Positions 55,470 to 63,112 of a stretch of DNA of 64,000 nucleotides are shown here, in pieces (position 1 is the first letter of the stretch; every line of letters begins with the position of its first letter). Where the stretch lies: assembly GCA_904387055.1 (NCBI GenBank), contig CAJFKV010000003.1:17499-81498 (forward strand), written 5' to 3'. The position numbers and the translations under genes were made by a program. The notes beneath the pieces are model-generated. The model was given only the letters and a program-made list of their open reading frames with translations, ran no database searches and was not told the origin of the DNA. Source of the stretch: Candidatus Heteroruminococcus faecigallinarum. GTDB lineage: Bacteria > Bacillota > Clostridia > Oscillospirales > Ruminococcaceae.

Positions 55470-56810
55470 ATGAACAGAGAAATAACCCAACAGCTATTGG
55501 ATTTTCTTCAGAAAAGCCCCAGCCCCTACCACGCGGTGGCCAATATGGCGAAGGAGCTGGAGGACCACGGGTACCGCTGCCTGTACGAGGAGGAGGGATG
55601 GGAGCTGCTTCCCGGGGGACGGTACTATGTGACCAGGGGAGGGTCGGCGTTGATCGCCTTTGCGCTGCCCGGCCGGCCCAAGCCGGAGAGCTTCCAGATC
55701 ATGGCCAGCCACAGCGACAGCCCCACCTTCAAGCTGAAGGAGGCGCCGGAGCTGCTGGTGGACGACCGGTTTGTCAAGCTGAATGTGGAGAAATACGGGG
55801 GGATGCTGATGGCCCCTTGGTTTGATCGGCCGCTGTCCATTGCCGGACGGCTGCTGATCCGCCAGGGGGAGGAGATCCAGGGGAGGCTGGCGGATGCCGG
55901 CCGGGACCTGGTGATGATCCCCAACCTGGCGATTCATATGAACCGGAACGCCAACGACGGGCAGAGCTACAATCCCCAGGTGGATCTGCTGCCCCTCTTT
56001 GGAGGGCGGGAGGCAAAGGGGAAGCTGATGACCATTATGGCCGAGAGTGCCGGTGTCTCGCCGGAGGACGTGGTGGCCAGCGACCTGTTTTTGTATAACC
56101 GGATGCCCGGCACCATCTGGGGCGCCAACGAGGAGTTTGTTTCCTGCGGGCGTTTGGACGATCTCCAGTGTGCCTTTGCCTCCCTGAAGGGGCTGCTGGC
56201 GGCAGAGGCCAACCCGCGCAGGGCCATGGTGCACTGTGTCTTTGACAACGAGGAGGTGGGAAGCCTCACCCGCCAGGGGGCAGCGTCCACCTTCTTAAAG
56301 GATGTGCTTACCCGGATTGCCGAGGACCTGTCCATGAGCCGGGAGGAGAATCTGCGGGCGCTGGCCGGGAGCTTCATGGTCTCCGCCGACAATGCCCACA
56401 GCGTTCACCCCAACCACGGGGAGAAGGCGGACCAGGTCAACCGTCCCTATCTGAACGAGGGGATTGTGGTGAAGTTCAGCGCCAACCAGCGGTACACCAC
56501 CGACGGGGCCAGCGCGGCGGTGTTCCGGGAGCTGTGCCGCCAGGCGGAGGTCCCCTGCCAGACCTTCTTCAACCGGTCGGACATGGTGGGAGGGTCCACC
56601 TTGGGCAACCTTTCCAACGGACAGGTGGCCCTGCACACGGTGGACATCGGCCTGCCCCAGCTGGCCATGCACTCCCCCTATGAGACGGCGGGGGTGGAGG
56701 ACACCGCATCGCTGGTGAAGGCGGCGGCCGCCTTCTATGGCGCGGATATTGCGATCCGCCGGGACGGATGTTACCGGGTGTCGCTGGAAAAGGGCTCCGG
56801 TCGTCCATAG
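55470..56810 (+). CDS. M18-family aminopeptidase
   Basis: AAGGAG 7 nt before the ATG at 55470. ...FLQKSPSPYHAV...SHSDSPTFKLK...DNEEVGS...LAMHSPYE.... Alternative start at 55446. Confidence 0.88.
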   Translation: MNREITQQLLDFLQKSPSPYHAVANMAKELEDHGYRCLYEEEGWELLPGGRYYVTRGGSALIAFALPGRPKPESFQIMASHSDSPTFKLKEAPELLVDDRFVKLNVEKYGGMLMAPWFDRPLSIAGRLLIRQGEEIQGRLADAGRDLVMIPNLAIHMNRNANDGQSYNPQVDLLPLFGGREAKGKLMTIMAESAGVSPEDVVASDLFLYNRMPGTIWGANEEFVSCGRLDDLQCAFASLKGLLAAEANPRRAMVHCVFDNEEVGSLTRQGAASTFLKDVLTRIAEDLSMSREENLRALAGSFMVSADNAHSVHPNHGEKADQVNRPYLNEGIVVKFSANQRYTTDGASAAVFRELCRQAEVPCQTFFNRSDMVGGSTLGNLSNGQVALHTVDIGLPQLAMHSPYETAGVEDTASLVKAAAAFYGADIAIRRDGCYRVSLEKGSGRP

Positions 56811-56896
56811 AAGGAGATGGCCGGGCAGCGGTTTGGGCTGGATGCCTGTCAGGATACAGGCAATTCCCAAGAGAGTGGGAATGAAGGGAATGGAAA

Positions 56897-56928
56897 ACGG
56901 GGCCGCCGGCGATTGCCGGCGGCCCCGT
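56897..56928 (+). terminator. terminator after the aminopeptidase gene
   Basis: ACGGGGCCGCCGGC and GCCGGCGGCCCCGT arms, with a T-run a few nt downstream. Confidence 0.65.
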
Positions 56929-57039
56929 TGGCGTTTTTGCAGGATGGGGGACAACAGCTTGGGGTGTGAACAGGTTTCAGGTAATGGTTTGGCACAGTTG
57001 ATGGGGGAACTTGGTATGCTCTGGACGCGGGCGAAAACC

Positions 57040-57083
57040 TTGGACAAAACAAAGGGCCTGGAGCGCGAAATGGCTCCAGGCCC
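57040..57083 (-). terminator. minus-strand intrinsic terminator closing the noncoding stretch 3-prime of tRNA-Pro
   Basis: GGGCCTGGAGC and GCTCCAGGCCC arms followed on the minus strand by TTTGTTTTG. Confidence 0.5.
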
Positions 57084-57254
57084 TGGTTTGTCAGCTTTAT
57101 CAAAGCGGGGTGCGGCCCCGCACCCGCAAAAGGGTGGTAGCGACCGCGAGCCGTCGTGAGGGCGCTTGCAACCGAACAGGCGAGCCGAGCGTGCCCTTTT
57201 GCGGAAAAGGAGGAGCAAGGGAGCGGGCGGATGACTTCTTTTTTGCCGTAGGCC

Positions 57255-57290
57255 AAAAAGAAGTCGGAGCAAAGCGGACTTTGCTCCGAC
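57255..57290 (-). terminator. hairpin immediately 3-prime of tRNA-Pro
   Basis: GTCGGAGCAAAG and CTTTGCTCCGAC arms followed on the minus strand by TTCTTTTT. Confidence 0.6.
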
Positions 57291-57291
57291 G

Positions 57292-57367
57292 TGGTCGGAG
57301 TGGCGGGACTCGAACCCGCGGCCTCTTGGTCCCGAACCAAGCACGCTACCACCTGCGCTACACCCCG
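57292..57367 (-). tRNA. tRNA-Pro (anticodon CGG), CCA encoded
   Basis: Minus-strand CGGGGTGTAGCGCAGGTGGTAGCGTGCTTGGTTCGGGACCAAGAGGCCGCGGGTTCGAGTCCCGCCACTCCGACCA folds as a cloverleaf. The anticodon loop is TTCGGGA. Confidence 0.9.
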
Positions 57368-57381
57368 AAACGGCACTACCC

Positions 57382-57411
57382 ATTATATCCCACGGGAGGG
57401 CATTCTGTCAA
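57382..57411 (-). promoter_or_regulatory. promoter for tRNA-Pro
   Basis: On the minus strand: TTGACA, 18-nt spacer, TATAAT. The -35 lies inside an 8-bp inverted repeat, GGCATTCT/AGAATGCC. Confidence 0.6.
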
Positions 57412-57475
57412 CAGGTAGAATGCCGGGAATCCAAGAAAAACTGCCGGATTGCGGCTGCCCCGCGGGGAATGAGGC

Positions 57476-57509
57476 AAGGAAAAACGCTCAGCCATTGGCT
57501 GAGCGTTTT
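57476..57509 (-). terminator. terminator after tRNA-Gln
   Basis: AAAACGCTCAGCC and GGCTGAGCGTTTT arms. Confidence 0.7.
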
Positions 57510-57514
57510 TCCTT

Positions 57515-57588
57515 TGGTTGCCCGAAAAGGATTCGAACCCTTACAAACAGAGTCAGAGTCTGTCGTGCTGCCATTACACAATCGGGCA
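57515..57588 (-). tRNA. tRNA-Gln (anticodon CTG), CCA encoded
   Basis: Minus-strand TGCCCGATTGTGTAATGGCAGCACGACAGACTCTGACTCTGTTTGTAAGGGTTCGAATCCTTTTCGGGCAACCA. The anticodon arm is ACAGA-CTCTGAC-TCTGT. Confidence 0.88.
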
Positions 57589-57600
57589 TCAACGCTATCT

Positions 57601-57628
57601 ATTATACCGCAGTTTTTTCATTTGTCAA
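57601..57628 (-). promoter_or_regulatory. promoter for tRNA-Gln
   Basis: On the minus strand: TTGACA, 16-nt spacer, TATAAT. Confidence 0.6.
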
Positions 57629-57735
57629 TCCATTTGAGAAAATTTTTTTGGAAGGGGATGGGAAGAGAGAAAAAGCATATTTGCGGCGCCGATTCTTATA
57701 CTAAAAGCAAAAAGCAAGGGACAGGGGGAAGAAGA

Positions 57736-58461
57736 ATGAAAAACAGCCGCCGCGGCCTGCCGCCGGATCTGGTGGTGGGGGCGTACACGGTCATCGAGCC
57801 TGGGGTCAGGATCGGCCGGGGGTGTCGATTGGGCCACCATGTGGTTCTTCACCGGGGAACCGTCCTGGGAAACGATGTGCGGATAGAGGATTTTGCCGTG
57901 GTGGGCCGGCGACCCATCCGGTCCAGCCGGTCCCAGGCGACCAGTCCCCAGCCGCCTGGACCGGCGGTGATCGACAGCGGCACCATGGTGGGGAGCCATA
58001 CGGTGATCTACGCCGGCGCCCGGCTGGAAAAGGGATGCCTGGTGGGGGACGGCGCGGTGATCCGGGAGGGATGCACCATTGGCAAGGAGAGTATTGTGGG
58101 CTGCCGGGTGACGGTGGAGAACAACTGCCGGGTGGGCGGCCGGTGCAAGCTGGAGACGGGGGCGTATCTATGCGCCTTCAGCCAGGTGGAGGACGACTGC
58201 TTTCTTGCCCCCTGTGCCGTTACCACCAACGACAACACCCTGGGGGCGCCCGGTCCCAAGGTGCTGGCCGGGGCCAGGCTGGAGCAGGGGGCCCGCATTG
58301 GGGCGGGAGCGGTCATCCTGCCGGGGAGGACGCTGCGGGAACATGCCGCCGTAGGGGCCGGGGCGGTGGTGACCCAGAACGTTCCGGCCGGGCAGCTTCA
58401 TGTGGGATGCCCGGCGCGGTATCTGCGGGACTATTTCCCGGGGGCGGCACAGAAGAAGTGA
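57736..58461 (+). CDS. left-handed beta-helix (hexapeptide-repeat) acyltransferase
   Basis: MKNSRRGLPPDLVVGAYTVIEPGVRIGRGCRLGHHVVLHRGTVLGNDVRIEDFAVVG... with repeated [LIV]-G-x4 hexapeptides throughout. Confidence 0.8.
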   Translation: MKNSRRGLPPDLVVGAYTVIEPGVRIGRGCRLGHHVVLHRGTVLGNDVRIEDFAVVGRRPIRSSRSQATSPQPPGPAVIDSGTMVGSHTVIYAGARLEKGCLVGDGAVIREGCTIGKESIVGCRVTVENNCRVGGRCKLETGAYLCAFSQVEDDCFLAPCAVTTNDNTLGAPGPKVLAGARLEQGARIGAGAVILPGRTLREHAAVGAGAVVTQNVPAGQLHVGCPARYLRDYFPGAAQKK

Positions 58462-58506
58462 CAAAAGAAAGGCCGGGAAGCTCCCGGCCAGCGAGGGGAA
58501 CGGCGG

Positions 58507-59172
58507 CTACCACCGGTAGTTGTCGTTCCGTTTCATTTGCTTGTTGAAATTGTTGCGCACCGACCGGTACCGCTGCCGGTCCTTGATGGTTTGGAGGATG
58601 GAGCGGCCGAAGAACAGGAAGAAGTTCAGCAGCGACATGATGATGGCCAGCCGCGCGCCCCAGCTTCCCATCAGGAAGGACAGGAGGAAGAGGGCTGCGT
58701 CCAGATAGGCCAGGTACTTGATCTTGACGGGAATAACAAAGAAGATTAACACCTCGTGGTCCGGCCAGAGCATGGCATAGGCGAAGAAGAGGGACATGTT
58801 CAGGTAGAAGGCCGTGCCGAAGCCGGTAAACAGCGAGGCAAGGGTGGTGCCGATCATCCCGATAAAATAGTAGACGTTGAATTTGAAGCTGCCCCAGGCT
58901 GCCTCCAGCCAGTTCCCCACGATGTAATAGAAGTACAGGGTAAAAAGGAGAAAGATGGGGGAGGTGGTGGGGGGGATGAAAATATAGGTGACCAGCCGCC
59001 AGATCTGCCCGCGGAAGACGGCGCTGGGCACCATCGCCAGATAGCTGCTCACCGAGATGGGGAGAAGCAGGTCGGCCAGGTAGACGAACAAGGTAGTGGT
59101 GGTGATATAGAGCATCAGGTTGGGAATGGCATAGCGGCCGATCTTCCGTTCCAGCTTATAAACCCATTTCAT
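58507..59172 (-). CDS. rhomboid-fold membrane protein lacking recognisable catalytic Ser/His motifs
   Basis: 221 aa, about 6 TM helices. GQIWRLVTYIF matches the rhomboid TM2 WR-motif context, but no GxSG or HxxxN motif is seen. Confidence 0.55.
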   Translation of the reverse strand: MKWVYKLERKIGRYAIPNLMLYITTTTLFVYLADLLLPISVSSYLAMVPSAVFRGQIWRLVTYIFIPPTTSPIFLLFTLYFYYIVGNWLEAAWGSFKFNVYYFIGMIGTTLASLFTGFGTAFYLNMSLFFAYAMLWPDHEVLIFFVIPVKIKYLAYLDAALFLLSFLMGSWGARLAIIMSLLNFFLFFGRSILQTIKDRQRYRSVRNNFNKQMKRNDNYRW

Positions 59173-59436
59173 GGCGGCACCTCTTCATGTTACAGGATTC
59201 CAGGGCGGCAGACAGCCGTCCTTTCCCATCTTACTCTACCGACGGGCGGTTGTCAATCGACAGGGGCAAACGTTCAAAAGGTGTTTACATCCGGACGCCG
59301 TGCAGCCGGGGCGGACCTTCCTTCCAATACCAATAGTATGGGCGGCGGGGGACGTTTCCAGTCAATGGGGTGGAATTTTTCCAACGGTTTGGGCCATGCT
59401 ATAAGAGAATGGATTCGATTGTGGGAGGCGCTGTGG

Positions 59437-59985
59437 ATGATACCGGTTCTGACCTTGGGAGATCCCCGGGATCTGCGGCTGTTCCAGGCCCTGCGGGGAC
59501 TGCTGGCAGGGAAAGGGCCGCTCCTCGCCCTGGGGTCCCGCGAGGTGTGGCTGCCGGGAGGAAAGACCCCCTTTTTGCTGGGGGACTGCGGGCTGGTTTC
59601 CCAGATCTGGGGGAACGGCCTGCTGGCGGTGAAGAACTGCCAGCTCCTGCCCTCCAGCCTCTACGCCCAGGAGGGGTCCCTGGCGGTAATCTGTTCCCAT
59701 CACCGGGAATCGGTGGAGCTGCTGGCCCGCACCGGCATCCAGGCGGTGACCTGCGGCCTTTCCCCCCGGGACACCGTTACCTTTTCCAGCCTGGAGCCGG
59801 GGAGAGGGACGGTGGCCCTCCAGCGGCCCCTGCGGCTGCCGGCCTTCTCCCTGCGGGCAGAGCCGGGGGAATTTCCGGCGGCCTTCCCACCCCAGTGGGA
59901 CGCCTACACCGTCCTTTGCTGCGGCGCGGTGGCAGCTCTCCTGGGCCTGGCGGAGGATGGGATGGAGCTGCGGGAGGAGGAGTAA
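59437..59985 (+). CDS. hypothetical protein
   Basis: GGGAGG 8 nt before the ATG at 59437. MIPVLTLGDPRDLRLFQALRGLLAGKG.... Codon usage looks coding. No family recognised. The track ORF start 58756 is antisense to the previous gene. Confidence 0.5.
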   Translation: MIPVLTLGDPRDLRLFQALRGLLAGKGPLLALGSREVWLPGGKTPFLLGDCGLVSQIWGNGLLAVKNCQLLPSSLYAQEGSLAVICSHHRESVELLARTGIQAVTCGLSPRDTVTFSSLEPGRGTVALQRPLRLPAFSLRAEPGEFPAAFPPQWDAYTVLCCGAVAALLGLAEDGMELREEE

Positions 59986-60027
59986 AGGGAGCCACAGGGC
60001 TGGCAAACTTCCGCGCAGAAATTGACA

Positions 60028-60057
60028 GTCATATTCCCCGGGGGCAGCGGGATACTA
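60028..60057 (+). promoter_or_regulatory. forespore (sigma-F/sigma-G type) promoter for the SASP gene
   Basis: GTCATA, 15-nt spacer, GGGATACTA. This matches the G(Y)ATA-N15-GGnnAnAnTA architecture of forespore promoters. Confidence 0.6.
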
Positions 60058-60119
60058 GATAATGCAAACGCGAAACACGAACTCAAGTTCGATTAACAAA
60101 TTCAAGGAGTGTAGAACAA

Positions 60120-60308
60120 ATGGCCAACAAGAATGTTGTTCCCGAGGCTCGTGAGGCCCTCAATAAGTTCAAGATGGAAGCCGCCAGCGAGGTGGGCGTG
60201 AACCTGAAGCAGGGTTACAACGGCGACCTGACCTCCAAGCAGGCTGGTTCCGTGGGCGGCCAGATGGTCAAGAAGATGATCGAGAGCTACGAGAACTCCA
60301 TCAAGTAA
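60120..60308 (+). CDS. alpha/beta-type small acid-soluble spore protein
   Basis: MANKNVVPEAREALNKFKMEAASEVGV...SKQAGSVGGQMVKKMIE. This covers both conserved SASP blocks. Confidence 0.93.
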   Translation: MANKNVVPEAREALNKFKMEAASEVGVNLKQGYNGDLTSKQAGSVGGQMVKKMIESYENSIK

Positions 60309-60323
60309 GGACTGTTTTCTTAG

Positions 60324-60353
60324 AAAGGGCCTGTCTCAAGGGACAGGCCCTTT
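60324..60353 (+). terminator. terminator after the SASP gene
   Basis: AAAGGGCCTGTC and GACAGGCCCTTT arms. Confidence 0.7.
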
Positions 60354-60417
60354 CCCGTCTCTTGACAAGGCGGCCGGCCCCTTCTATGATGGGAGACAGA
60401 AAGGAAGGGGAGACGAG

Positions 60418-60711
60418 ATGACGGTTCGGCTGGATTGCGGAAGGGTACATTCGATTCCCGGACTGGTGGACCGGCTGGGAAGCCTGCTGGAGCGGGAGGA
60501 CCTTCCCTCCCCGCCGGAGGAACTGGCTGCCGCCCTGGAGGAGGACCCGCGGGGGATCTGCCTTTGGCTGGAGCGGGCCCAGTGCCTGTGCAGCACCCTG
60601 GGTCCCTATGGGGAGGAGCTGCTGGACCGGCTGCTGGCCGCCTCCCGCGGACCGGGACCCCTGCGGGTACATCTCTCTTTTGAGGAGTCAGAAGACCCTT
60701 CCGATTGTTGA
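60418..60711 (+). CDS. hypothetical 97-aa acidic protein (weak barstar-like pattern)
   Basis: RBS AAGGGGAG. MTVRLDCGRVHSIPGLVDRLGSLLEREDLPSPPEELAAALEED.... Confidence 0.45.
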   Translation: MTVRLDCGRVHSIPGLVDRLGSLLEREDLPSPPEELAAALEEDPRGICLWLERAQCLCSTLGPYGEELLDRLLAASRGPGPLRVHLSFEESEDPSDC

Positions 60712-60729
60712 TGGAAAGGTGGTTTTGAT

Positions 60730-61233
60730 ATGAAACGGACGATGAAGATGCTGGCGGCGATCTGCCTGGCGGCAGGGATGCTGGCCGCCTGCCAAGGAGC
60801 AGCATCCCCGGGGAAGGAAGCAGCTCCCGACGCCGCGGCGGAAGGAAGCGCGATGTCCCAGGAGCTGCCGCCGGTGGAGGAGATGATGGAGGCGCTGGCC
60901 GGCTACCAGGAGGGAACGGCGGGCAGCAGCCTGAAGCGGTACATTGCGGCCTGCGGCGTGCTGAACTTTGCAGAGGAATACACCGGGGAAGAGGGCCCGC
61001 TGCGGGAAGCGGTGGACGCCTGGTTGGCAGAAAGCGAGGAGCTGGAGGTGGAGGCTGTCCGGGAAGGGTGGCCGGATGTGCAGGATGCAGCAAAGGAGAT
61101 CCTGACCCAGGGGATCGACGAACTGGCGGAGGTACTGGAGGACGCGGGAAATCCCAACCGGTTTGACCAGTATCACCAGGACCGCTACGACCGGGTGGCC
61201 GGTGTGCTGGATCAGGCGCTGCAAGAAGAATAA
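60730..61233 (+). CDS. lipoprotein (hypothetical, acidic helical)
   Basis: MKRTMKMLAAICLAAGMLAAC lipobox. Confidence 0.65.
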   Translation: MKRTMKMLAAICLAAGMLAACQGAASPGKEAAPDAAAEGSAMSQELPPVEEMMEALAGYQEGTAGSSLKRYIAACGVLNFAEEYTGEEGPLREAVDAWLAESEELEVEAVREGWPDVQDAAKEILTQGIDELAEVLEDAGNPNRFDQYHQDRYDRVAGVLDQALQEE

Positions 61234-61246
61234 GCAGGACGGAAAG

Positions 61247-61276
61247 GGGGAAAGGCGGCTGCCTTTCCCCCTTTGG
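61247..61276. repeat. 30-bp hairpin (terminator-like), copy 1 of an exact duplicate
   Basis: GGGGAAAGGCGGCTGCCTTTCCCCCTTTGG, identical to 62206-62235. Confidence 0.85.
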
Positions 61277-61291
61277 ATGACAGAAGGGCTG

Positions 61292-61963
61292 CTACGAATG
61301 TTCCCGTCGAAAGCAAAGGAACCAGTCCAAGCAATATTGGTCACCCGATTGATTTTCCATCCGCTCCCGAGCGGTGCCGCAGGAACCGGCGGTGGGAATG
61401 ATGACGTCGTCGCCGGGACGCCAGTCGGCCGGGGTGGCACATTGATCCGCGTCGGCTTTTTGAAGGGCCTGGACCAAACGCTTGATCTCATCAAAGTTTC
61501 GGCCGGTGGAGAGAGGATAGTACAGGATGGCGCGAACCTTGGCGGAGGGATCGATGACAAAGACCGCCCGGACCGCCTGGGTGGTGGAGGCGCCCGACTG
61601 AATCATGCCGTACCGATGGGCAATCTCCATCCGAATATCCTCAATGAGGGGGAAGGTGACCTCCAGATGCTCCTTGTCCTTCCATTTCAACTCCTGGATT
61701 TTGCGCAGCCAGGCAATGTGGGAATAAAGGGAATCCACCGATAACCCTATCAGCTGGGTATTGAGGGCATCAAATTCCTCCAGCATGGAGGCGAAGGTCA
61801 TAAATTCGGTAGTGCAGACAGGGGTAAAATCGGCCGGGTGGGAAAACAGAACGATCCATTTCCCGGCAAAATCCTGGGGAAAATGAATGACGCCCTGGGT
61901 GGTGACGGCTTCAAAGGCAGGGGCGTCGTCCCCAATGAGGGGCATCTTGTGCATGGCTTCCAT
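61292..61963 (-). CDS. peroxiredoxin (Prx6/1-Cys-like AhpC/TSA family)
   Basis: RBS AAGGAGG. ...WIVLFSHPADFTPVCTTEF... peroxidatic Cys, and a C-terminal CLDWFLC tail. Confidence 0.9.
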   Translation of the reverse strand: MEAMHKMPLIGDDAPAFEAVTTQGVIHFPQDFAGKWIVLFSHPADFTPVCTTEFMTFASMLEEFDALNTQLIGLSVDSLYSHIAWLRKIQELKWKDKEHLEVTFPLIEDIRMEIAHRYGMIQSGASTTQAVRAVFVIDPSAKVRAILYYPLSTGRNFDEIKRLVQALQKADADQCATPADWRPGDDVIIPTAGSCGTARERMENQSGDQYCLDWFLCFRREHS

Positions 61964-62053
61964 GGCAAAACCTCCTTATGTTCTGGATAGGTCGGGGCCT
62001 TGGCTGAGAGAGAACCAAGGCCCCTTGGGTGCAGGGTGAAGAGAAGGAATGGA

Positions 62054-62106
62054 GGTTAGTGTAAACTAACCAATGAAATAATACCATTTTACTCTTTTTT
62101 TGACAA
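62054..62106 (-). promoter_or_regulatory. peroxiredoxin promoter with a GGTTAG-N6-CTAACC palindrome at the transcription start region
   Basis: On the minus strand: TTGTCA (62101-62106), 17-nt spacer, TATTAT (62078-62083). The palindrome lies at 62054-62071, 6 nt downstream of the -10. Confidence 0.55.
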
Positions 62107-62205
62107 GGGGGTGTTGTTACCTATGGATACAAGGAACCTTGTGAAACAGCCGGGGCAACCAGTACGCCGGACCGAACGTTGTAAAAAGAAGGGGAACAGA
62201 AAAAC

Positions 62206-62235
62206 GGGGAAAGGCGGCTGCCTTTCCCCCTTTGG
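62206..62235. repeat. 30-bp hairpin (terminator-like), copy 2
   Basis: Exact copy of 61247-61276, located just 3-prime of the DUF1847 gene. Confidence 0.85.
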
Positions 62236-62284
62236 GCTGCAGAAGAGATACGGCCGGCGGAAGGTGTTCCCCCGGCATGGCCGG

Positions 62285-62911
62285 CTATTGGCCGGGGAAG
62301 AGCTGGTTTTTGTAGTAGCCGGTGTACAGAGCGCCGGCGGGGTTGTGGGAGAGGACCCGGTCCTTGGTGATGGCGGTGGTGACCGGCGCATCGGAATATT
62401 TGTAAAACAGGGAGTCGTGGCCCACGCAGAGGCCGACCACCACGTTGAGCTGGGTGCCGATGCGGTTGAGGAGCGTGGCTTGCAGGATGGGGTTGCAGGA
62501 ATATTCCCCGCATTCTTCGCATTCCAGGGGGAGGCCCAGCTCATGCTTGGGGACCATGCCCACTTTGCAGCCCACCCCGTAAACCTCCAGCCCCATCAGG
62601 CGCAGGTGGCGGGCGATGAGGCGGGCCTCGTTGATCAGCCCCACGCAGGTGGCGATTCCCACCCGGCGGCAGCCGATCCGCTGGGCAAAGCGGCCGATCT
62701 CCTGGATGCGGGGAATGTGGTAGCCTTCGCATTCGGTGACGGCGGCGGCCAGGAGAAGGGTGTGGTTTTCCTCCTCCTCGTAGAGGGCCAGAGCCGCCCG
62801 GAGCTCTTCCGGGTCCAGGTTCTCGGTGAGGCAGAAATCCGGGAAGGGGCCTTTGCCGTGGTTGCAGCCGGCTGTTCCGCAGTCGATGCAGGAACGAGGG
62901 GTGGTCTCCAT
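62285..62911 (-). CDS. DUF1847-family Cys-rich (putative metal-binding) protein
   Basis: METTPRSCIDCGTAGCNHGKGPFPDFC...LECEECGEYSCNPILQ...VVGLCVGHDSLF.... Confidence 0.75.
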   Translation of the reverse strand: METTPRSCIDCGTAGCNHGKGPFPDFCLTENLDPEELRAALALYEEEENHTLLLAAAVTECEGYHIPRIQEIGRFAQRIGCRRVGIATCVGLINEARLIARHLRLMGLEVYGVGCKVGMVPKHELGLPLECEECGEYSCNPILQATLLNRIGTQLNVVVGLCVGHDSLFYKYSDAPVTTAITKDRVLSHNPAGALYTGYYKNQLFPGQ

Positions 62912-63112
62912 GAAAATTCCTCCTTTTGGGGGATGGGGAATGCCCCCGAAATCGCTCTTTCTATTATAGCCCTGGAAAGAAAGGGAAACAAGGAAACGCC
63001 CTGACGAAAAAGGCCGGCATCTTTTGGGGGAATTGGTCTTGCCAAGGGAAGGGGGGATGGGGTATAGTTAAAGCAAGGGAATAGAACCCATCATCAAAGG
63101 GAGGAACGACCA

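Noticed and set aside
56849-57376. 175-aa minus ORF, plus ORFs 56295..57383(-) and 57011..57418(+)
   Set aside because: They run through the tRNA-Pro gene and its terminator, and their composition is non-protein-like.
59236-59262. TTGTCAATCGACAG resembling a Spo0A box (TTCGACA)
   Set aside because: It is a single 6-of-7 match without a second box or a recognisable sigma-H or sigma-A partner promoter.
62912-63112. Possible purine riboswitch upstream of guaA, and an L-box or T-box upstream of the hom/ask operon (31927-32001)
   Set aside because: I found no conserved purine-riboswitch core, no T-box GGTGGTACCGCG-type sequence and no terminator/antiterminator pair. Only plain promoters are present.
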